Source of the DNA: Chryseolinea sp.
GTDB lineage: Bacteria; Bacteroidota; Bacteroidia; Cytophagales; Cyclobacteriaceae
Direction of reading: 5' to 3'
Length of the DNA: 56,996 nt
NCBI GenBank assembly: GCA_035316905.1
Contig: DATHIE010000043.1
Location: 1 to 56,996 of the forward strand
This document shows, piece after piece, positions 10,401-16,835 of the stretch (position 1 is the first letter of the stretch; each line of letters begins with the position of its first letter). The position numbers and the translations under genes are program-made. The notes under the pieces are model-generated. The model was not told the DNA's origin. It made no database searches and saw only the letters and a program-made list of their open reading frames with translations.

Positions 10401-10896
10401 CTTTCCAAAATTGGGTAAGCAGTATGGACCAAAGATGAAGGATGTAGCTGCAGTAATTTCCACATTTACAAAACAGGACATCGCAGAAATTGAAAAACAA
10501 GGGAAGCTATTAAAAGCAGGATTTGAACTTTCCCTTGATGAAGTGCTTATTTCATCAGAGGATATTCCGGGTTGGTCCGTAGCAAGCGAAGGCACGCTAA
10601 CGGTCGCGCTGGATATAACAATCACGGACCAACTGAAAAAAGAAGGTATTGCACGTGACTTTGTAAACAGGATTCAAAACCTGAGAAAAGAGATGGGCAT
10701 GGAGGTGTTGGACAAGATCCAATTGGAAGTAAAGCAGGATTCAGATATCGTTAATGCGGCATTAAAGGAATTTGGTCCCTATATACAAACAGAAACGCAA
10801 GCATTAAACCTTGACATAAAAGCCAGTATAGAGGAAGGGGTTATGGTGGAAATGGACGATTTTGTATTGAGCGTGAAAATAAATGTTAAGCGGTAG
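7471..10896 (+). CDS. ileS: Isoleucine--tRNA ligase, type 2 (IleRS2)
   Basis: YEGPP.ANG.PGIHH, GWDTHGLPVE, WTTTPWTLPSN, SRSRYWGTPLP, EGVDQTRGWF, KMSKR; long eukaryote-like C-terminus. Confidence 0.97.
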   Translation: MAPKYKEYKNLNFAQIAGEILDFWKKEKVFEKSVTNREGAASFTFYEGPPSANGTPGIHHVMARTVKDIFCRFKTLQGFQVERKGGWDTHGLPVELQVEKQLGITKDDIGKKISIEDYNKKCRETVMMYKDQWDDLTMKMGFWVDLQNPYITYKKEYIESLWWILKQLYDKKLLYKGYTIQPYSPSDGTGLSSHELNQPGCYKDVKDTSIVAQFKAVRDAKSDFLFSDVTGDVYILAWTTTPWTLPSNTSLVVGEKIQYALVNTFNPYTHKPVNVVLAKDLVGKYFPEKNKDLKLEDYKAGDKAIPFRIAKEFPGQGLVGVTYEQLMPYVKPLYDTDKAFHVVAGDFVTTEDGTGIVHSSPTFGADDFRISKQYGIPPLTVMDEMGNEVPTVDKKGKFVNEVGEKLKEGVSKYGIKTHKTLNVDDFYVKNYTDEDETNPDYKTTDVIISIILKEENKAFKVEKYEHTYPHSWRTDKPVLYYPLDAWFIKTTALKDRMVELNKTINWKPESTGTGRFGNWLENLVDWNLSRSRYWGTPLPIWRTKESKEEICIGSLKELNEEVAKSVKAGFMNAALPDDFDLHRPYVDDVVLVSNSGQPMYREPDLIDVWFDSGAMPYAQWHYPFENKEIFSKNYPADFIAEGVDQTRGWFFTLHAIAVMLCDSVAFKNVISNGLVLDKNGNKMSKRKGNVVNPFETLDQYGADLVRWYMIENAPPWDNLKFDFDGIVEVQRRFFGTLQNTYSFFALYANIDGFHKDEMNTVPRSQLSDLDRWIISKLQSLILEVTQAYEEYEPTRAARAIQDFVNDHLSNWYVRLNRKRFWKGEMSADKKAAYETLYECLMVTAQLMSPIAPFYAEWLYKNLSDNIRDKAVTNKTPLRHNSLHLTDLTKADKNLIAPELELSMDYAQRICSLVHSLRKNSKIKVRTPLQKILLPVLDESFAKRVKSVEEIILAEVNVKAIQYIDDASGVLVKKVKPNFPKLGKQYGPKMKDVAAVISTFTKQDIAEIEKQGKLLKAGFELSLDEVLISSEDIPGWSVASEGTLTVALDITITDQLKKEGIARDFVNRIQNLRKEMGMEVLDKIQLEVKQDSDIVNAALKEFGPYIQTETQALNLDIKASIEEGVMVEMDDFVLSVKINVKR

Positions 10897-10950
10897 CCAT
10901 TCTGTTAGGTAAAGTTTGGATAATGATATCCTGATAAAGAATTATAGTTA

Positions 10951-11652
10951 ATGAAAATATATAAGTACTTTTTACTTGCTCTTCTGGTAATTGTAATCGA
11001 TCAGACATCGAAGTTGCTGGTGCATAACAACATGTTTCTTCACCAGGAGATCACCGTTTTGGGTTCTGAGCAATACGGGTTCAAGCTGCATTATCTTCTC
11101 AATCCGGGCATGGCATTCGGCATCCGTTGGAACAACGAATTTGGCAAGCTTGCTTTAACAGCTTTCAGGATCATTGCAATGTTCGGGATAGGTTACTACC
11201 TCGTGAGAATGGCACAGAAGGGTTCAAGCTCCGGCTTTCTCTGGTGCATGGCGCTTATCCTTGGGGGTGCAGTAGGCAACGTAATTGATAGTACATTCTA
11301 TGGAGTGTTGCTCAACAACCATCCGGCAAACTCACCCACACCGTGGTTTCACGGACAAGTTATCGATATGTTGTTCTTCCCCTTGTTCGATTACACCTGG
11401 CCCGACTGGGTTCCTTACGCTGGGGGTGAATATTTCTTATTCTTTAGTCCGGTTTTCAACATCGCGGATTCGTCAATCTTTTTGGGTGTAGTTATCATTT
11501 TGATTTTCCAGCGGAGATTCTTTGGTGAGAAACTTCATCACGAAGATTATACATCGACGACGAGGGATCATATTACATCTCAGGATGGTACGCCTGAAAA
11601 AACCCTCGATAAGTCCGACAACGTACAGCCTCCTGTAAGCGCGCCCGATTGA
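10951..11652 (+). CDS. lspA: Lipoprotein signal peptidase II
   Basis: DQ.SK, NPGMAFG, GGAVGNVID, GQVIDM, PVFNIADSSI; directly follows ileS. Confidence 0.93.
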   Translation: MKIYKYFLLALLVIVIDQTSKLLVHNNMFLHQEITVLGSEQYGFKLHYLLNPGMAFGIRWNNEFGKLALTAFRIIAMFGIGYYLVRMAQKGSSSGFLWCMALILGGAVGNVIDSTFYGVLLNNHPANSPTPWFHGQVIDMLFFPLFDYTWPDWVPYAGGEYFLFFSPVFNIADSSIFLGVVIILIFQRRFFGEKLHHEDYTSTTRDHITSQDGTPEKTLDKSDNVQPPVSAPD

Positions 11653-11657
11653 TCCAT

Positions 11658-11822
11658 TTGAAGTGAGAAGCTAGAAGTTAGGAGTTGGTGCAAGTACTAA
11701 CGATACTGATAACCTATTATAAGCCCTTTGGCGGGTTAGCGCCAATTGTCAAGCGAATGCCCTTGCTCTCGCCCTAAATTCTAAATTCTAACTCCTACCT
11801 CCTATCTCCTTACTCATAACTA
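11658..11822. repeat. Facing degenerate heptamer arrays (TAGRAGT)n ... (CTAMCTC/CTAAATT)n
   Basis: About 4 purine-rich heptamers at 11658-11685 and about 7 complementary pyrimidine-rich heptamers at 11774-11822, with a ~90 bp spacer. Confidence 0.7.
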
Positions 11823-11864
11823 ATTTTTGCTATTTTTAGGCCGATAATACCTAACCTACAAACA

Positions 11865-13331
11865 ATGAGTTTATTTATTAAGAAGCCCCTAGCGCAACTC
11901 CTGGCTCAAGGTGGTGATTCAGAAAAAGGACTAAAGCGAACGCTAGGTGCGGGAAACCTCATCGCTCTGGGCATTGGTGCAATCATTGGCGCGGGTCTGT
12001 TTGTTAGGACCGCTGCTGCGGCCGGTGAAGCGGCAGGACCTGCAGTTGTCCTCTCTTTTGTGGTTGCCGCCGTTGGCTGTGCATTCGCGGGACTATGTTA
12101 TGCAGAATTCGCGTCCATGATACCCGTTGCGGGAAGTGCTTACACATACGCATATGCCACAATGGGTGAGTTCATCGCCTGGATCATCGGTTGGGCACTT
12201 GTGCTCGAATATGCACTCGCAGCAGCAACCGTTTCAATTGCATGGAGTGAATACCTCAATAATCTCTTAATAAGTTTTGACATAGGGGCGATTCCATATC
12301 AATGGTGTCATTCGCCTATGGAAACATCAGCAATTACCGGAGTGCAGGGAATCATGAATCTGCCGGCATTGGGGATACTTGTTATTCTCACGGCGATCCT
12401 CATCAAAGGAACACAGGAATCTGCATTTGTAAATGCGATTATTGTATTCATTAAGGTTGCCATCGTGTTACTTTTTATCGTGATCGGCTGGCAGTTCATC
12501 AAACCGGAAAACTATACTCCCTTTATGATTCCCGCAGATGTTCCGGGTCATGAGGCTTTCAACAGACACGGCTTCGGGGGCGTACTTGGAGGTGCAGCTA
12601 TTGTATTCTTTGCATTTATCGGATTTGATGCTGTGTCAACGGCAGCGCAGGAGGCGAAAAATCCGAAACGCGATATGCCAATAGGTATTCTTGGATCTTT
12701 GATCGTATGTACAATTTTATACATTCTCTTTTCCCATGTGCTTACCGGCATTGCTAACTGGGAGGAATTTAAGACAGCAGGTAAGGAAGCATCGGTCGCT
12801 TATGCAATTCAAACTTATATGCCCGGATATGGATGGCTGGCAAAGCTTATCACGGTAGCGATATTGGCTGGATTCTCTTCGGTTATTCTCGTGATGTTGA
12901 TGGGCCAGTCGCGTGTATTTTATTCGATGTCCAAGGATGGATTGATTCCAAAGGTATTTTCGGATGTGCACCCGAAATTCCGCACTCCTTATAGGTCGAA
13001 CATGATCCTCTTTGTGTTTGTTGGAATATTTGCAGCGTTTATTCCCGGCAATGTGGCGGGTGACCTTACAAGCATAGGAACGCTCTTCGCGTTTGTTATG
13101 GTGTGCGCAGGTATTTGGGTAATGCGCGTAAAAAACCCTGAGGCAGTACGTCCATTCAAAACGCCTTTGGTACCTGTCGTTCCTCTTTTAGGAATTCTTA
13201 TTTGCTCGGGCATGATCTTCTCTCTTCCAAAAGAAACTTTGATGGCAGCCGGAGCGTGGATGGTGGTGGGATTATTTATCTATTTCCTCTATAGTAAGAA
13301 GAACAGCAATCTTAGGAATAATCCTCAATAA
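11865..13331 (+). CDS. APC-family amino acid permease (cationic amino acid transporter-like)
   Basis: GIGAIIGAG, CYAEFASMIPVAGSAYTY, FFAFIGFDAVSTAAQE, RVFYSMSKDGL; about 12 TM. Confidence 0.93.
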   Translation: MSLFIKKPLAQLLAQGGDSEKGLKRTLGAGNLIALGIGAIIGAGLFVRTAAAAGEAAGPAVVLSFVVAAVGCAFAGLCYAEFASMIPVAGSAYTYAYATMGEFIAWIIGWALVLEYALAAATVSIAWSEYLNNLLISFDIGAIPYQWCHSPMETSAITGVQGIMNLPALGILVILTAILIKGTQESAFVNAIIVFIKVAIVLLFIVIGWQFIKPENYTPFMIPADVPGHEAFNRHGFGGVLGGAAIVFFAFIGFDAVSTAAQEAKNPKRDMPIGILGSLIVCTILYILFSHVLTGIANWEEFKTAGKEASVAYAIQTYMPGYGWLAKLITVAILAGFSSVILVMLMGQSRVFYSMSKDGLIPKVFSDVHPKFRTPYRSNMILFVFVGIFAAFIPGNVAGDLTSIGTLFAFVMVCAGIWVMRVKNPEAVRPFKTPLVPVVPLLGILICSGMIFSLPKETLMAAGAWMVVGLFIYFLYSKKNSNLRNNPQ

Positions 13332-13333
13332 CA

Positions 13334-13677
13334 CCCCTAAATCCCCTTTAGGGGACTTTGAATGCAGGTGTTAACTAAAAGCGCTTTCTAAACTTTGGAT
13401 TCACGGGGACACAATCAAATGTGTCCCTTTTTTTACCCCTAAATCCCCTTCAGGGGACTTTGAGTGTGTGCTTCATTATGTCGCACCCGTATTGAGTGTC
13501 GAGGATCTAACTTAATTCCCCTCGAGGGCTAGGGGGCAGGCGGAAGTTTTATCAGGAAAATCTGAACGCTAAAATTTTTATCAACCCTTTCTCGTTTCGA
13601 CATTCGTTCGCCCCTAAATCCCCTTCAGGGGACTAGAGCCTTTAACGGCATTTCCTCCACATTGATGGGGCTAGGGG
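13334..13677. repeat. REP-like palindromic cluster upstream of the DUF559 gene
   Basis: CCCCTAAATCCCCTT(T/C)AGGGGACT at 13334, 13436 and 13611; complementary partner elements ..GGGCTAGGGG at 13516-13536 and 13667-13677. Confidence 0.85.
13406..13434 (+). terminator. Rho-independent terminator of the permease
   Basis: GGGACACA-ATCAAA-TGTGTCCC followed by T7. Confidence 0.8.
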
Positions 13678-13683
13678 TGTTAT

Positions 13684-14047
13684 ATGAAAGATTATAAAGA
13701 CAAACTATTTCTTGGCGCTAATAAATTTCTGTTTGACATGGCTGGACAGCTCCGTCGTGATGAGACCAAAGCAGAAAAACTTTTGTGGTCTATGCTACGT
13801 AACAAACAACTCGGAGTTAAATTCAGAAGACAGCACCCCCTGTACTCCTACATCGTTGATTTCTACTGTCATTCTCACCGGTTGGTAATTGAAGTTGATG
13901 GTTGACAACGTTCGATCACAAGCATTTGAAGAATACAAAATAGTAATCATACGTTTCACAAACAACGAAGTGCTTTGCGACATAGAAAATGTATTACAAA
14001 AAGTCAAGCTACATTTAAACAATGTACACTCATCCAATTCCCCCTAG
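13684..14047 (+). pseudogene. DUF559 / Vsr-like endonuclease, frameshifted with a probable short internal deletion
   Basis: First frame LRR.ET.AE..LW..LR.KQLGVKFRRQHP...YIVDFYC....LVIEVDG stops at 13905; the +1 frame from 13904 continues DNVRSQAFEEYKIVIIRFTNNEVLCDIENVLQKV to TAG 14047; the usual G.IH segment after EVDG is missing. Confidence 0.85.
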
Positions 14048-14071
14048 AGGGGGCGTAGAGGGGGCCAGGGG
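14038..14071. repeat. REP-like element downstream of the DUF559 gene
   Basis: TTCCCCCTAGAGGGGGCGTAGAGGGGGCCAGGGG, same family as the upstream partner elements, with an internal TAGAGGGGGC duplication. Confidence 0.75.
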
Positions 14072-14073
14072 CG

Positions 14074-14763
14074 TTAGGAGATCTCCAACTTAAATCCCAC
14101 ACCATGATAGTTAACTATCTGAATTGACGCATCCTCCTTTAAATACTTGCGCAGCTTGGAAATAAAAACGTCCATGCTTCTACCCATAAAGTAATCGTCG
14201 TCGCCCCAGACGTGTTTCAATATCTCTTCGCGTTTTAGGACGCGTTCCCTGTTCTGATACAACAGTTTTAACACTTCGGCCTCCTTTTGTGTGAGAAGCT
14301 TTTCCGTCGTGTTGTTTTTCAAAACCAGGTTAGGAAAGTCAAATTCAAAATGACCCAGTGAAAATACCTTCTCGTTTTGATTGAGCTGAACGCTGGAACG
14401 TTTCATAAATACTTCAATCCGGTAGAAAAGCTCTTCAAGGCTGAATGGCTTCGTGATGTAGTCGTCTCCGCCGGTCTGAAATCCCTCTAGCTTGTCTTCC
14501 GTCATCGATTTGGCCGTCAGGAATAAAATGGGGACGCTCTTATTTTTTTCACGAATGCTGCGTGCAAGCGAAAAGCCATCCTTCTTTGGCAACATCACGT
14601 CGAAAATACAGAGATTGAAATTCGCTTCGTAAAATGCATTTTCCCCTTCTTCCCCATCCTTACAAAGTGTGACATCATAACCCTTGATCAAAAGATTGTC
14701 CTTAATAACAAAGCCAAGACTAGGATCATCCTCAACGAGTAAAATTTTCTTTGACTCAATCAT
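14074..14763 (-). CDS. OmpR/PhoB-family response regulator (RprY-like)
   Basis: ILLVEDD, DVMLP..DG, FLTAK, DDYITKPF, winged helix RSMDVFISKLRK..GVGF. Confidence 0.93.
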   Translation of the reverse strand: MIESKKILLVEDDPSLGFVIKDNLLIKGYDVTLCKDGEEGENAFYEANFNLCIFDVMLPKKDGFSLARSIREKNKSVPILFLTAKSMTEDKLEGFQTGGDDYITKPFSLEELFYRIEVFMKRSSVQLNQNEKVFSLGHFEFDFPNLVLKNNTTEKLLTQKEAEVLKLLYQNRERVLKREEILKHVWGDDDYFMGRSMDVFISKLRKYLKEDASIQIVNYHGVGFKLEIS

Positions 14764-14783
14764 GTGTCTGTTGTGATTTCCGA

Positions 14784-16055
14784 CTATCGAAGCACAGGCA
14801 GATAAATTCTGAAAATGCTTCCTTTCCCCAACTCACTTCGTAACGATATTTTTCCGCGGTGTGCATCGACGACTGTTTTAACGTAGCTCAATCCCAGACC
14901 GAAACCTTTTACGTCGTGAAGATTACCCGTCGGAACACGGTAAAATTTTTGAAATACGCGCTTTTGATTTTCGAGTGCAATTCCAATCCCGTTGTCCTCC
15001 ACTTCTACTGTGATTCCTCCATTCTCATTAATAGTTCTGACAACGAGCGAAGGCGTAGTTTTGCAGTACTTGATGGCATTGTCAAACAAGTTGTTGAATA
15101 CGTTTGTCAGATGCAATTTGTCTCCTTCAATGTCCGGCTCTTCAGCGGATAATTCCAGTCCGACGCTACCTTTCTTTTCCTGCAAGGACACAGACGAATG
15201 ACGGACTGAATCCTGAATAATACTGTGAATACTTAAGCTCTCTTTCCTTAAACCGATATCTTCCTTATCAAGGCGCGCCATCTGAAGCACACGTTCGACC
15301 TGATGTTTCAGCCGCGTGTTCTCCTTCTCTATAATAGTCATATAGTTGAAAAGCCGTTCAGGCTGGTGAACAATCTCCGGATCTTTCAAGACTTCCGTTG
15401 ATACGGCAATAGTGGCGATTGGCGTCTTGAATTCATGGGTCATGTTATTAATGAAATCCTTCTGTATCTCGGAAAGCCTCTTTTGTTTTAAAATTACAAA
15501 CAACGTATACGAGAAGAATACTATCACCAGCAACAAGACCACAGATGAGAACGACCATATGCCCATTTGATTTGTGATGTGAGCCAGGCGATTGGGAAAC
15601 TGAACACCGAAGTGATATCCCTGGTTTGCCCAATCCGGAAATTTCTTGTTAGTGACACGTTTTTCTTTGGCCGTTTGCAATGGAACATAATCACCATATA
15701 CCATTCGTTCACTCGAGCAATCATAGACTCCATATTCAAAATCAGCACGGATGCTACGCTTCTCGAATTCGCTGCGCAGAAGAAATTCAAGCAAGCTTGG
15801 ATCGATCTCACTGTTGACCATCACAATGAAATAATTCGTCGAAACTTGTCGTACCGGATTAATTGCCGGTGAAGGTGTCTTGTTGATCTCAAAGATTTGT
15901 TGAGCAACGTTGTACAACGCCGTATTCACGGTACGCTCGAACTCAGCTTCCTTAAGGTCAAATGCGCGACGAACCCAATATATCTGAGTTATGGTGATTC
16001 CAATAATGCAAAGCGCACCAAGGATCACAATAAACCGAATGGTTGAACTTTTCAC
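14784..16055 (-). CDS. Membrane sensor histidine kinase (RprX-like)
   Basis: Two TM segments, H-box NMTHEFKTP, N-box NLFDNAIKY, G-boxes DNGIGI and GFGLGL; GTG start. Confidence 0.93.
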   Translation of the reverse strand: MKSSTIRFIVILGALCIIGITITQIYWVRRAFDLKEAEFERTVNTALYNVAQQIFEINKTPSPAINPVRQVSTNYFIVMVNSEIDPSLLEFLLRSEFEKRSIRADFEYGVYDCSSERMVYGDYVPLQTAKEKRVTNKKFPDWANQGYHFGVQFPNRLAHITNQMGIWSFSSVVLLLVIVFFSYTLFVILKQKRLSEIQKDFINNMTHEFKTPIATIAVSTEVLKDPEIVHQPERLFNYMTIIEKENTRLKHQVERVLQMARLDKEDIGLRKESLSIHSIIQDSVRHSSVSLQEKKGSVGLELSAEEPDIEGDKLHLTNVFNNLFDNAIKYCKTTPSLVVRTINENGGITVEVEDNGIGIALENQKRVFQKFYRVPTGNLHDVKGFGLGLSYVKTVVDAHRGKISLRSELGKGSIFRIYLPVLR

Positions 16056-16095
16056 AGTCTAAAATTACGATAAATGGCGGCGCTCAAAAAAAACA

Positions 16096-16134
16096 TTAAC
16101 AAGTCATTAACAAAATTTAGAATATCGTTAACAA
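16096..16134. promoter_or_regulatory. Putative OmpR-type operator: TTAACAA direct repeats at 10-11 bp spacing
   Basis: TTAACAA at 16096, 16107 and 16128, with degenerate TTAGAAT at 16117, in the divergent HK / DUF1573 intergenic region. Confidence 0.6.
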
Positions 16135-16257
16135 GCCCAATTAAGGCGTTTCTACAGCTTTGTGTCAGTCATTTTCAGCGGGTCATTTCCGATGTCGCGA
16201 CGGGAAAACAACAGGCTGGATGACAAATTGTAGTGTAACCTTTAAACTTCTCTTAAC

Positions 16258-16689
16258 ATGAAAAAGATCATTTTATCAATCCTTGTTTGTGTCCCGATAG
16301 CTATCGGCATTGCATCGATAGTCGTAGCACAACAACCCCTTGCCTCAAATGCAAAACCATCGTCGGAATTCACCAATGACCTCGGCTCATTTACCTGGGC
16401 CGAAACTTCGTTCGACTTTGGTAAGATCAAAGTTAAAGCGCCGGTCACCCATGAATTCTCCTTTATCAACGGCGGCGACTCCCCACTGGTTATAACGTCA
16501 GTTCAAGCCTCATGTGGTTGCACTGTTGCCAAGTACAGCAAGGATCCAATCAGTCCGGGGTCGTCAGGCTATGTGACGGCAACGTATGATGCTGCCAGAG
16601 TAGGTATGTTCACCAAAACCATTACCGTGAACGCAAATACCGGCAGTGGTGCTGTGGTGCTCACTGTCAAAGGTGAAGTGGTAGAATAA
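16258..16689 (+). CDS. DUF1573-domain exported protein
   Basis: Signal peptide; FDFG.I....V...F.F.N.G..PL.I..V.ASCGCT......PI.PG..G....Y...G.F.KTITV. Confidence 0.88.
   Translation: MKKIILSILVCVPIAIGIASIVVAQQPLASNAKPSSEFTNDLGSFTWAETSFDFGKIKVKAPVTHEFSFINGGDSPLVITSVQASCGCTVAKYSKDPISPGSSGYVTATYDAARVGMFTKTITVNANTGSGAVVLTVKGEVVE
16291..16308. repeat. 18 bp mini-palindrome GTCCCGATAGCTATCGGC in-frame in the DUF1573 signal peptide (encodes VPIAIG)
   Basis: Perfect core CCGATAGCTATCGG at 16294-16307; same family as the element at 48049. Confidence 0.6.
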
Positions 16690-16698
16690 TAACCTCAG

Positions 16699-16734
16699 GC
16701 GAAAGCTGGTGTATCAAAACCGGCTTTCGCTTTT
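16699..16734 (+). terminator. Rho-independent terminator after the DUF1573 gene
   Basis: GCGAAAGCTGGT / ACCGGCTTTCGC 12 bp stem (one G-U) plus TTTT. Confidence 0.75.
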
Positions 16735-16807
16735 AGAAACCGTAAACGTTTTCGAAAATAAAGTCTGCAAATCATCCGTACCGTTGAATCGCTTGGGTAG
16801 TATTTGA

Positions 16808-16815
16808 TAACTTTG
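16808..16815 (+). promoter_or_regulatory. -7 promoter element (TAACTTTG) for ppc
   Basis: TAnnTTTG match 21 nt upstream of ATG 16836. Confidence 0.55.
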
Positions 16816-16835
16816 TTAGCACCCAACTACAACCC

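Noticed and set aside
13334-13677. Three ~24-27 bp repeats considered as a CRISPR array
   Set aside because: Spacing is irregular (102 and 175 bp start to start), intervening DNA includes a terminator and partner palindromes, and there are no cas genes
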